A stretch of DNA of 64,000 nt, taken from the NCBI GenBank assembly GCA_001724265.1, contig MEDY01000033.1, forward strand, positions 62,001 through 126,000, given 5' to 3'. The notes below the pieces were generated by a model. It saw only the letters and a list, made by a program, of their open reading frames with translations, searched no databases and was not told the origin of the DNA. Made by a program: the position numbers and the translations under genes. Of this stretch, positions 21,642-33,500 are shown piece after piece. Position 1 is the first letter of the stretch, and each line of letters starts with the position of its first letter. The stretch comes from Rhizaria sp. SCN 62-66. Taxonomy: Eukaryota.

Positions 21642-22574
21642 TTAGATATCGCAGTACGAATTACTCACAAACGTCGTCAAAACATTAGGAAACCATTCTT
21701 TTTCAACAATAAGAGTCGCAACATCGTCCCTCACGCCCTCCCCAGTGCACTTAAAGTGCGAATATTCGTTTAACTGTTGCGGAACAACATAGCAATAGTC
21801 AACTTGCACGTCATTAATCTGCACGATCTTGTCATTCCAATCGAAACATGAATGCCCCGTGAATTTCGACACAAACTCATGCCCACGGTTCTCAACACGG
21901 CTCGCCGCGTTGACGGGTGGAACCGCAGTTGTAGCAAGCTTGAATCGCAAGAGATTAATTCGCAGACAATCGACAGGGGGAGACGCAGTTGCCCTGGTGT
22001 TACAGCTGGGGCTCACGTTATTGCTATCAACCTCTTTAACAAAGTTATACGCGCTAACAGCGACATGGCGTCTGTCAGTGGGGAGAGCGGAGATACAGTG
22101 ACGCTTCCTATCATTGAGAAGCCGAGGTACGAGCGCGTCCACCACATCAGCGACGTCTTCCACGACGTCGATAAACATCTGATTGTCAGACCACATTCCT
22201 AGTGACAAGCTCGGGCGCCCGTCTGCAAGACTTGTGGTGTCGATAACGGAGTGAAACCCCGAGAGAATCATAGGGTGAACCTGATTTACCTGGGCATGGA
22301 CAGACATCAGAGAAGTTGTTTTCATTGGGATAAAGCATCTCAAAGATAAAGCTATAGCTAATCCGAACGCACTACGGTAAAACAACCTATGAGATGACCA
22401 ATGCTCGCTCGCACATGAGTTTGCTTTGAATTCTGTGTTTGCCATGAGCAACCATGAGCAACTCAGCAACCCCTGTACACTGTCGAGAAGAAAAAGAAAT
22501 CTGTATAAACTTAAGCGACGTAAGAAAAATGATTTGTGGTCGATTTGGACCAGGACGCTGTCTAAACTGAACAT
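21642..22574 (-). CDS. Hypothetical orphan ORF (310 codons, lower GC than neighbouring genes)
   Basis: Long open frame in an otherwise intergenic-looking region. No motif, and composition unlike other genes here. Confidence 0.25.
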   Translation of the reverse strand: MFSLDSVLVQIDHKSFFLRRLSLYRFLFLLDSVQGLLSCSWLLMANTEFKANSCASEHWSSHRLFYRSAFGLAIALSLRCFIPMKTTSLMSVHAQVNQVHPMILSGFHSVIDTTSLADGRPSLSLGMWSDNQMFIDVVEDVADVVDALVPRLLNDRKRHCISALPTDRRHVAVSAYNFVKEVDSNNVSPSCNTRATASPPVDCLRINLLRFKLATTAVPPVNAASRVENRGHEFVSKFTGHSCFDWNDKIVQINDVQVDYCYVVPQQLNEYSHFKCTGEGVRDDVATLIVEKEWFPNVLTTFVSNSYCDI

Positions 22575-22946
22575 ACATAAATCAACACAGCAAAGATCTT
22601 GTTTGAATCAATTATGCTGCTCATTGATTGAACGCGATGTATTTTATATCAAAATCATATTTTTTTCTCTCCGGAAAACTGTCGGAGCTTGTGCGGAAGT
22701 GTCCGGCGTCGGATGTAGCCCCGTATGCACCTCCTCTCATGTTACGATATTCGCCAAGTTTTCTATGCATATATCGCATGTGTAACAAGCGTAGCACGTT
22801 TTACTTAAATGAAACTATCTTCATCTTTATAATTACTCTGTTTCTCCTCTCATAGGCTAGCTTCTGCAACGCTGTAGTGATTCTTGTATTTGTCGCGTGA
22901 GTTTGAGCAGTAACGTCGTCCACCTCCCGGCTCCTGTCCCCTGCCG

Positions 22947-25937
22947 ATGTCCGACATTCCCAGTGATCCTCCCACCGACGCGGGTTCCCCGACCCCCGCC
23001 GAGCCGGCTGCTGTGCCTGTCGTGTTTCACAACTCCCAGGCTGACCCGTCTTTCGCCGGCGACGTCAACATGAACACTCCTATGACCCCAGTGCCTCGGC
23101 CTGGCGACAGCGCTCCCAGCAGCAGCAGCACCGTCGTCGATGCCAAAAGCAACAACATCGCGGCCCGCAACACGGCCGACTCCGCGTCCCCCGATGTTGC
23201 CCTTTCTGGCACGAGCGACCGCGGCGATAATCAGCCGCGCCACAAGATCTCCTACTCTGCCTGCAACCAGTTCAAGGCACTCTTCATCAAGAACGCCATC
23301 ACCCAGCAGCGCCAGTACGGCACCAACATCTGCCAACTCGCGTTCCCGATCGTGCTAATCGTATTCCTGTACGTCATCCAGATCCTCGTGACCAACATCA
23401 TCCACAACGAGCTGGGCGCCTACTCGGACGTCGTGCTCAACCCGCCACTCGAGCCGGCGTGGTTCCGTCGTCACGCTGACCCCTGCGTGCCGGCCTCGAT
23501 GGCCAGCTACTCCGCGGATCCCTTCTCCAGCCGCTTTTTTGCCGCCGGCGACGCCGCCGCCCTCGGCACCATGCCCAACTTGACGACTCTCGCCCCGGGC
23601 ACCGGCGTTCTGGGTGCCATGACGCTCACTGCAGCCGGCGTATCGACTCTCCCCGGTTACAACCTGCAGTCGGGCAGCCGTGACTTTTCGACCGCGTCGT
23701 CGTCCTTCTCGATCGACCTTTGCCGGGACGGCAACTTCCTCGGCACCAACCCTGAGGCGTACGTCATGCCCGGCCCCACCACGGAGGCCGCGCAGCGCAG
23801 CATCGACGAGCACATCGTCTCGGTCTGGCGCAACCCTCTCGCCGATTACCTGGGCGGCTGGTCGTTCCGCGCGCTCGACCTCGCCGCGGGCAAGCTCGAC
23901 TTTGGCGTGTACTACAACAAGACGTTTACCGATGGGCAGGATGTGCCAGCGATTCTGAGTGCGCTCACCAACGGCGTGTATCGCACACTGCGCAACTCCC
24001 TCGTCGAGAGCTCTTTCTTCTCCTTCCTGGGCACCAAGGACTACCCCAGGGACCGCGAGGCCAACGACCTGGACATGATCTCGTTGGCGGGGCCTTACAT
24101 GTATCTGTACATGTTTCAGCTGCTGCTGCCCGTGTTCATGTCCAACGCAGTCGCGGAGAAGGAGACGAAGCTGCGCGAGATCGTGCGCATGATGGGGCTT
24201 AAGACGCACATCTACTGGATCGTGTCGTACATCTTCAACTACGTCCTCTACCTATGCATCATGTTCGTGATTATTATCATGTCCGTCATCTTCGGTTTCC
24301 GCCTCATGATGGACAACTCATTTGGCACGTATTTCTTGCTATTCTTCATTTGGGGCCACGTCATGGTCGCGCTCGCGTGGTGGTTCTCCGCCTTCTTCTC
24401 TTCCTCTAGCACGGCCACCGTAGTCGGGTACCTCTACGTGTTTGGCACCGGCATCCTCTCGATGACCCTGCTGTCGCAGACGTTCGAATCGCCCGACACG
24501 ACGCGCAGCACCATGATCGCGGTGCAGATCTGCCCCTCGTTCGTGCTCTACCGCGGCCTCATCGCGCTCAAGAACGGCGTCGCGTACGACATGCCCGGCC
24601 TGTCCTTTTCCATGGTCTCCGAGTCATGGGTGCCGCTCGCTGAGTGCTACCTCGTCATGTTTATCGAGTGGGTCGTGCTGATGCTGCTGGCCATGTACTG
24701 CGAGCTCGTCGTCCCCACTGAGTTCGGCGTGCCCAAACACCCGCTCTTCTTTCTCCGCGAGGGCAGCTACCTGCATGGACTCTGCTGCAAGAGTCAGGGC
24801 GACAAGACCTTTGACATGGACGACATTGCTAAGTCGCAGCACATCAGTGTCCACCTTGACGAAGCCAACCTGAACCGTGGCGACGGCAGCTACGACCTGC
24901 CCGAGGATCACCCTTTCCCCGACGACGTGGCACGGGCCCGCAAGGAGGCGCTTGAGTCGAACGCGCCCATCCGCATTGTCAATCTCGTCAAGACGTACCC
25001 GGCGCGCGACGGCGGCACGTTCCGCGCAGTCAACAACTTCTCGCTCGCCGTCAAGAAGGCCGAGTGCGTCGGGCTCATGGGGCCTAACGGCTCCGGTAAG
25101 TCGTCCACCATCAACACGCTGTCGGGCTACCAAGTCGCGACTGCCGGCACTGCATTCATCGCCGGCGTGGACATCAACCAGGACATGGACGCCGTGCACA
25201 TGATGATGGGCATCTGCCCGCAGGAGAACGTCATCTGGAACTCGCTGACTGCGGGCGAACACCTCACCTTCTACGGCCGCCTTAAGGGCCTCAGTGGAGA
25301 CGCGTTGGAGAACGACATCATCGAGAAGCTGGAGCAGGTGCAGCTGCTCGAGGTGCGGCACAAGAAGGCTGGCGAGTACTCTGGTGGCATGAAGCGCCGT
25401 CTCTGCGTCGCCATCTCGCTCATCGGCTCCCCCAAGATCATCCTGCTGGACGAGCCGACGACGGGGCTGGACATCGGCGCCAAGCGTAGTCTTTGGAGCG
25501 TGATCAAGAAGGTCAAGAACTCGGCCTCGGTGCTCATGGTGACGCACTCGATCGAGGAGGCCACTGAGTGCTGCGACCGGCTCTGCGTCATGGAGCAAGG
25601 CCAGGCCGTGACCATCGACACGCTCGCGCGCCTCGAGGAGCGGTACGTCAACAGCTACAAGCTGACCTTCTCCATCGACGACTATTCGCGCCAGCCCGAG
25701 ATTGAGGCCTTCGTTCACGAGAACCTTTCCCCCAACGCCGTGCTCACGGCGTTCCTCGGTGGTGTCGCCATGTTCGAAATCTCCAAGAAGGACGTGTCCA
25801 TCTCACAGGTCTTCGCCAAGGTCAGCGCCGCCAAGAAGCGCCTCGGCGTGACCGACTGGGGCGTGTCCAACACCACGCTCGAGGAGGCCATCATCCGCAT
25901 GCAGTCCGAGAAAGACCTTGACGCGCAACAGAAGTAA
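22947..25937 (+). CDS. ABC transporter subfamily A, half-size (one TMD plus one NBD), 996 aa, intronless CDS
   Basis: Q-FKALFIKN N-terminus, EKETKLREIVRMMGL, Walker A GPNGSGKS, signature YSGGMKRR, LLDEPTTGLD, VTHS and TTLEE. Ends TAA. Confidence 0.95.
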   Translation: MSDIPSDPPTDAGSPTPAEPAAVPVVFHNSQADPSFAGDVNMNTPMTPVPRPGDSAPSSSSTVVDAKSNNIAARNTADSASPDVALSGTSDRGDNQPRHKISYSACNQFKALFIKNAITQQRQYGTNICQLAFPIVLIVFLYVIQILVTNIIHNELGAYSDVVLNPPLEPAWFRRHADPCVPASMASYSADPFSSRFFAAGDAAALGTMPNLTTLAPGTGVLGAMTLTAAGVSTLPGYNLQSGSRDFSTASSSFSIDLCRDGNFLGTNPEAYVMPGPTTEAAQRSIDEHIVSVWRNPLADYLGGWSFRALDLAAGKLDFGVYYNKTFTDGQDVPAILSALTNGVYRTLRNSLVESSFFSFLGTKDYPRDREANDLDMISLAGPYMYLYMFQLLLPVFMSNAVAEKETKLREIVRMMGLKTHIYWIVSYIFNYVLYLCIMFVIIIMSVIFGFRLMMDNSFGTYFLLFFIWGHVMVALAWWFSAFFSSSSTATVVGYLYVFGTGILSMTLLSQTFESPDTTRSTMIAVQICPSFVLYRGLIALKNGVAYDMPGLSFSMVSESWVPLAECYLVMFIEWVVLMLLAMYCELVVPTEFGVPKHPLFFLREGSYLHGLCCKSQGDKTFDMDDIAKSQHISVHLDEANLNRGDGSYDLPEDHPFPDDVARARKEALESNAPIRIVNLVKTYPARDGGTFRAVNNFSLAVKKAECVGLMGPNGSGKSSTINTLSGYQVATAGTAFIAGVDINQDMDAVHMMMGICPQENVIWNSLTAGEHLTFYGRLKGLSGDALENDIIEKLEQVQLLEVRHKKAGEYSGGMKRRLCVAISLIGSPKIILLDEPTTGLDIGAKRSLWSVIKKVKNSASVLMVTHSIEEATECCDRLCVMEQGQAVTIDTLARLEERYVNSYKLTFSIDDYSRQPEIEAFVHENLSPNAVLTAFLGGVAMFEISKKDVSISQVFAKVSAAKKRLGVTDWGVSNTTLEEAIIRMQSEKDLDAQQK

Positions 25938-27549
25938 TCACTTAATCGCATCAGCGCTGTTGCAACTGCTGTTACAAGAAGCGGGTAGCTCGTCGTTGCT
26001 TCTTCTGGAAAGAGTTGCCGATTTTTTTCGCTTGATTTTAGCTCTGTTGTGTGGTTTTAAAAGCGTTAATGGCATGCCTTTTTTCTTTGTACGTCATTTC
26101 GTTAGGTAGATGTTTTTGAACTCGATGTTTCCATGAGGCTCTCTGTCTCTCTGTGATCCAAGACTTGTGATGTTTGGCGTTGCACCGCTTCACAAGGATG
26201 TAGGACATACTACAAGAAAGGGAATTTCATTTAATCAAACACACCGTGTTTTTGTTTGTTTGTTGTTTGTTTGTTGATTAGTTTCTTGGTTTGTTTGTCG
26301 ATTTATTTGATCTTAGTCATTGTACTCTGTGTCATATTTGTGATGAGTGTATTTTTATTATCGAGTGTGTGGTCAAATGTTGTTTATTGGATGTTATGTT
26401 TGTTATTTTGCGCACAATCGTTTATCCTTAAGTTGTGTTACAGAATACGATCAAAAATCATGTGTGTGTTAGTAATGTAGAATCTTTTCACAACGCCTGT
26501 TTTACGTGTGTAAAGGCTTTTGTTCTAAAGAAAACTAGATAACGAAAATGTTCTCTTGTGTGTTTGAACGTTGCGTATTTCAGCGTTCACACACTTGATG
26601 TCTTGTATCTTGTTGCTGATATGTGCTGTTCCTACATGTTCATTCTATTGTCAGTGCTCTCGCTAAGACTTTGTCATTTTGTCATCCTTGTTGCGCGCAC
26701 ATTCTCCGAAGAATACATCTCTCCAATTGCGAATCATATCGCTGTACGGCTTGTGTACGGCTTGTGTTCACACCCAAATATGGAAATGAAAAATATCATT
26801 ATTTCATTTGTATTAATCAAACTTGAACAATGAAACACAAGGCCGAGAGAGGCGTAGTAAAAGAAACAGGCTGGAGCAACGAAGAAGAAACAACGCGCAG
26901 CGCAGCATTCTCTAATAGTAAGCACAATAATCCCAAACACTGTAGTAATGAATTGGGTGATAAGTGGGACTGCGTTTGTGTTGCTGCTGTAAGTTAGCAA
27001 GAACATTACGGTCGGGATCGATTAAACAAAAAGAGCAGAGAGCGAAAAACATAATGGCAAAAGAATCGTAGATGAGCTCGCACTGGCAAGCGAGTTAAAC
27101 CAAACTCTCGTTTACAACTCAAGGTAGTGCAGCACTCATGGATAGCTGCAGCGGTGATATCATACGCAAATAAAACAGATGTAAAAAGAAATCAGGTGTG
27201 AATATGGATAAAACTGGCACTTCAAACTGTAGCCGAGAAGGGCGAACTTAACGAAAAGTGTTTTAACCGTTGCTTTAAAAAGTTACATGCACAGTACGAA
27301 ACAAACAGCTTTTGTAACAGTAGTGAACATAGAGACAACAGACAGACAGACAGACACACAGACAGAACAACTGACGATCGGAGCAGCAACAAAACAGGAA
27401 ACAACAACTGTGGTTTTTAATAATAAGATATCTCACATTCCAAACATAAGAAATATACAACCCGTTATGAAAAGGATCGACAAGGCAAAGGAGAATAAAA
27501 ACATCAGAGAAGTATTATAACATAAAAACATCAAATATACATGTAAAAA

Positions 27550-30500
27550 TTATTCCACAGTTTCCGTCGTAACTGTTGTAGCAACAGAATTGCCGTTGCC
27601 AGCAGTCACAGCGGCACTGTTGGTTCCGACAGAGTTTGACGGAAGTGAGTCACAGCGCACCCCTTTCTTTTTCCCTGCGGCTGCCGCCTCCGCATCAGCA
27701 GCAGCGACAGCGGCCGCCGCAGCCGCCTCCGTTTCTTCAAGCTCCACCGCGTGCCAAAACGCCCGGTTGAGCTCGACGTGCTTGCTGGCGAGCAAAGCGC
27801 CGGGGATCGCCTCGCCCAGCAGCTTGAACAGCGGCGCGACAAAAAAGTCAATGAAACCCTTCTGCGCTTTGGCCTTGACTGGCGCATCGCGGTTCATCAT
27901 CGGCGTCACTGGTAGCCCGAGAGCTTTTTCGCTGTCGCCCTGCAGATACCACTCGGCGATGATGCGGTCCGCCCACGCGCGGCACTGCGGCAGCCGCTTT
28001 GCCGGGTTCGAGACGTCTGCGGCGTGGATAATAGTCTGCACTGCCAGCGCGCGCGACGGTTTGTGCAGCGGGTCGATCCACGTCTTGTGCGTCAAGTGCG
28101 TGTCGAGCGACAGGCGCAGATCAGAGATTTGGCGCACATGCGCCTTCATATCAGTCGCCATGATTGCGTTGATAATGCACTCACGTGCCTCTTTGCGCTG
28201 CGCAAAGGTGAAATGCTCGAAGATATTCATATCACTCTGCCGCAACAGGCGGAACGTCTCTGCGCAGTGGTAGTTCTCAAGCACCGCATTGTCGTTGTAC
28301 TGCAGCGCAAGATCGGACTCGGAGTCGATCAGGAACTGGTTTGTCACGCCGGGATGGCCCACATCGTGCGCGGCCGCAGCGATGTACAGACAGAGGATGT
28401 CCATCGGCGTGAGTGCGTCAGAAATGGGCGGGATCACGGTCTCGCACTTGCAGCCAACGGAGACGCCTTTCGCCGCTGGCATAGCTGTATCGTCAGCGCC
28501 AGCGGCGCTCGCGCAGGTGCGCTCATCAGCCCTGGGGCTGCCGTGCTGACACAGAGCAACGTGGTGCCATGGCGACAGGTCAAGCGAATCTTCTTCAGCC
28601 GCAGCTGCGGTAGCTGCGGCGGCAGCCGCTGCAGCGGCCGCCGCCGCAGCAGCAGCCATGGTCGTGACCGTGTTCGCAGCCGCACCAGCACCGGGAAGCC
28701 CCGGTGTCGCAGTGCGAGAAAACGCTCCGCCCCAGCCGCGGCCGTGGCTGTTGGTGCTATAGCGTGGCGAGCGCGACAGCGGGGTGAACGCGGCCGAGGC
28801 GGCGGCGCTCGCGGCCGCTGCGCTGGTGGAAGAAAGTGGGAGGATGGGCGTTGCGCAGCGGGGAAGAGTCAGCACGCCCGGTTGGTGATGTTGCAGTTGA
28901 TGCTGTTGAGGAAGCTGGTGCGCGTGAAAGCCGGTCTGTGAACGCGACAGCGTTGGTGGAAGGCCAAAGGATGCCGCTCTTGTAAACATGACTGCGCCTG
29001 CCGACTCAGCCGTCGCCGCTACAACCCCGGGCGCGAACGCGTTGGCCGCGGCGATTCCGGAGCAAGTGCCGTTGCAGTTCGCGTTGTCAGTGCAGCCTTC
29101 AGAGCAGCACGCCCAGCCCATTTCGGCGGAGAGTGCGCGCCGGTGCAGAGCGTCGGCCTCGGCCAGGACGGTCTTCATTGCAGCCGCGGATTGCCTCGCG
29201 GTCGAGTGGATGAGCGTAAACACGGTCTGCACCACATCGGCGGCGTGGATCGAGTTGTGGTATGGGTTGTCCAAGTACTTATCCTCGAGTGCAGTTGCGA
29301 ATTTGATAAAGCGGGTCGGAGAAATGCTCCACTGCGTGTAAAGTCCCTGGCTGTGAGCAACGTGGGCCAACACCGCGGTCAGCGGACGGCCATGGGTTGC
29401 AGCTGCAATGGCAAAAACATCGAAGTCCCAGTCGTACATCGACCCCCAAATCGTGGAAAGTTCGGGGTGTTCAGAAACAAAAGCGGGAACTGTGAGCAGC
29501 GGGGAAAGTCCTGCTAAAACAGCGTTAGATGTAAGTGCAATGGGGAACTTAGAGCAGTTCTCAGTATTCACCTCGGTTTCTGCAGTAGCAGTTGCTGCAG
29601 CCGTCGTTGTTAAAGTCGTCGTATCGGTATCCAATGCCGACTATGAACTGCGACTGGAGTCAAGTGGTGACAACGCATGCGCGTGCGCGCTGAGCACGTC
29701 ATGCACCGACTCCTGAGGAGACAGCGTAGCCGGCGGCACTGTCGCTGCGCTCTCGGTCGGGCCCTTGGGGCTTGCAGCAGTAACCGCGGCGGAGTCTGTG
29801 CTTGACGCGACAGCGGCAAACTGCGTTTGTGACCGAAACAACAACAGAGTCGCAGGAGCTGGTAACTTCGCGGTCGACTCGAGTACCGGTGACTGGCCTG
29901 TAGACTGCGCGTACGCATTTGAACCTAGCACTCTCGCCCGTACCTGTTGGTGAGAGCCAGTGCCGCTGCTGTTAGCCCCCATGGCCGCGATGGATGAGAG
30001 AGCAGACCCAGGCAGCAGCGCGCGCGGCGGCGTCGCGTAGCTGGTCGAGGGCGAGTTGACTGTCGATGACGCCGCAGACGACGAGGCCGACACCGATGTC
30101 AGCGCGAGGACTGCGGCCGCCGCGGCGGAGGCTGAGGGCCGCGGCAACGGGTGGCGCGACGGCTGGTACGGGTGCAGCGGCGGAGGCAGCAGGCTCGGCA
30201 CGTGCACCGCATGCGCCGTGCCGACATTGTGAGTGTGCCCGGCAGGCGAGGTGTGCGCGGAGAGGACGCGACTGTTGACGGCAAACTGCACTGCGTTCGA
30301 TGGCGCAGAGGGGGAGAAGATCGGCGAGGGTGCGACGCTGCGCGAGTTCAGCGGCACGTGGACAGCTGTGTTAAGGGGCAACACCGCCCCGGGGCCGGGC
30401 CCGCTGTCAGCCACGTTTGCAGTCGACGGGTAGGACGATACGTTCGGAGACTGCGGCATTACCAGCCCGAGGCCAGTGGCGGAACCGCTGCTAACTCCGG

Positions 30501-33500
30501 TGTAGCCACGATTAGTACTCGCTGCAGAAAGCGCGGACTCAGGCATTGCGCTGTGGGAGCTCATTTTTACACCGTACCCGTTGCCGTGCAAATTTGCACC
30601 AGATCGGTAGCTGTAGTGGTGACCGAAGTTCCCGCTGCTGCGCCGCATGACCACCGACGGCCCCGCCGACTGCGGTGTAGTAAAAAAGGCGCCGCTAAAC
30701 GATGCGTTCGACTGCTGCTGAATCGGTTGCAGGGAGACACCGTTATTGTTAATGCTGTTCCGGGTACCAATCAAGGGTGATCCCGGACTGAAGTTTGACA
30801 CGGATGCGGTCGCCGCGGCGGATGCGGAGCCCGCTGTGGCCGACGCAATACTAGACCTCTGCGGCGTGCCATACGGCGCCGATGCACCGGCCTCATTGAC
30901 TGTAAGGGGCTCAGTGGGCGACTCGCAGTGCTGAGCGTTGCTGCCGCTGTCCGCAGACTCGGGGCTCGAGTTCGCATTACTGGTGGTGGTCACGTTTGCA
31001 AGGCTGGCGATGGCGGCGGCCGCGGGCGCCGCGCATGTCGGCGTCGGCGTGTCCAGACTGGACGTGACCTCCGTAGGAGACACGACGAGGCGGGATAGAG
31101 CCACCGGCGGCACGGGGCCGGCAGCGCTACTGCTAGCTGTGGTCCCGTTAGCGTCCGCACCTGCATTCGCAGGAGTGCTGGCAAGAGCAACGGACAAACC
31201 CGGGTCGCTGAGCCTGGCGGTGCTCATCGCAGCACTCCGCGGTCGCGCCGTGTCCTGCACCGTCACGCCAGCAAACCCCGCCGCAGACCCCGCAGCAGCG
31301 GCCGCAGCGGCAGCGGTGGCGGCGGCGGCAAACAACAACGCGTTATGCACGTTGGCGGTGTGGGTACTCGGCGCGGGGGTGGCGCCGCGGAGCTCTGTGG
31401 GCGTGAGCACGCGGTGGAACGGGGACAGCGCGTGTGGCGGCGGCGTGGGCGCGGCAGAGGGGACGCCGACCGCGTGGAGCCGGCTGGCGCTCGCCAGCTG
31501 CGCCCAGTGCAGCGCGTTGTGGAAATGCTGCTGCTGGTAGTGCATCTGGCTTGCAGCGGCGTTGGACGCGGCGGCAGAGGTTGGAGTGGTCGTTGCGGAC
31601 GTGGCTAAGGTGGACGCGCGCGGTAGCTGCTGGTCGAGTCTGGGCGCAGATCCAGCCGTGTTAAAGCTATTGCGGCTGCCTGTGTAAACCGGGTAGCCCT
31701 GACTCTGGCTTGGGTGCTGAGGCACAGTACCGGCGGCAGGCGCGGTAGAGCCACTCTGGCTCTTGCTGTGACTCAGTGCTAGTCCGCCTAGTCCAAGGCT
31801 GTGACCGTGGACGGGGCCAGAGCCCAGACCGACACCGAGCCCGTGAGCCTGCGCAAGCTGTCCTGGGCTAAAGCCAACGTTTGTAGACGGAGACATTGTG
31901 TTCGCCGCGAAAGTGTTTACGTTTGTTGTGTTCGATACGGCGGTCGGTGAACTCGATGGCGTGGCAGAGAAACCAGACGTTGCGTTCGCAAATGTCGGTG
32001 ACAAATGCTTCGGTGACAGCGATGAGTAAGGCAAAGCAGCAGCAGCAGCGGTGTGGAGGTGCAGGTGGAACGGCTTGTTTTGGGCAGCGGGCCCATAGGG
32101 CACAGCACTGCCCTCGTCTTGGTTGCCCATTGTGGTTGCGGATGCAGCAGTCGTTGCAGGCCCGGCAGCCACGCCAGTAGCGTTGAAGTCGTTGTAGCTC
32201 GCACCTACGTTGTTTACGTCCACTGCAACTGCTTGTTGCAACGCGGTAGGATTGAGCGGTGACACAACCGCATTGCGCGCTGCCACTACACTGCAAGCTG
32301 AGTGTGGCGGTGTGTTGACTGTCGAGCCCGGAGCAGTCGTCGTCTTGGACCTCAGCAAGCCAGCGCCGCCAGAGTACACAGCGACGCCGTCGTGCGGCCC
32401 TGTGCTCGTGGCGGTGCGGGGAATGTCGCTGCCACCGTTGTGCGCGAAGTCGGGCGGACTGCTGTCGCACGATCGCCGCTGCTGGTTCACTGCGGCCGGG
32501 TTGTAAGGCTTGTGGTCGGTGATGACGGCGTCGCCATGTCCGCTCTTGTTCAAGCTGGAGTGTGCCTGGACGCTCGATAGTGCAAGTTCATATCCGCTAT
32601 CGTAAACAAGCGGGTTCACCAGCTCGGGCGGTTCCAGCGCGGCCGCGACGGGGCCCGCGGTCACGAGGTGCAGCGCCATCGGCGACGGACTGAGGATCGG
32701 CGTCGCCGTGCCCACCAGAGCGTTCGCATTCGCACTCACGGTGAGCACAACGGCAGGCGGGCGGCTGGGGTCGTTGATGGCAACATTAGCGCTGATGCTG
32801 TTGCCGCTGCTGCTGGCAGAAGAGAAGCTCGAGTCTGCAACCGAGCAGCTGTCGACCGTGAGAGGATACGGCTGCCCGCCTGGCGGAAGCGACAACAAGT
32901 GCCGTGAGCTGTCGTCGGCAACGGCAACCGTCGCATTAGCACCCGAGTTATTGGCGTTGTTATGAGCGTTAAGGGCGTCAAGTGTGCCAGAAGGAAGCGA
33001 GGGCGAGGACACAAAGAGCAACGGGGTTAAAACAGGTGTACCCGTTACGACAGCTGTGGAAGCTACAGTTGTTGCTGCCGTCGGTGCGTTAATCACGTTG
33101 GTGGCGCTTTCATGGGTGTTCTTGCTAGAAATAGCGTTCGCAGCGTCGTTTAACTCGTGTGCAGTTGGGAATGTGAAGTGTTTTGGTCGCTGCGGTGGTA
33201 ACATCGCAAAACTAGAGCTCCGACTGTGCGATGTCTTAACATGTTCGTAGGGCTATGACGGTACCTGAGCCTGAGCCTGTGCTTGTGCCAACGCCTGCTG
33301 CTGCCGAATGTGCCTCCTCATAGCGTACGCGTTTGCGGCAGCTGTGATATCAGCCTCGGATAGAGCCATCGAAGCAATCCAGCCAGCGACGGCGCGCGAC
33401 TCCGCGTTGTTGCCCCGACGCACGCGGCTGCTGATAGCGGCGGCGAGGCGTTGCTGCTCAGTGAGGTCAACGCCATCAGCTGCGTTGCTAGCGGGATTGG

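Noticed and set aside
33253-33264. 12-nt GTACCGTCATAG micro-intron that would remove the PDE TAG
   Set aside because: All other introns here are 101-194 nt and AT-rich, and this explanation does not extend to the other TAG sites.
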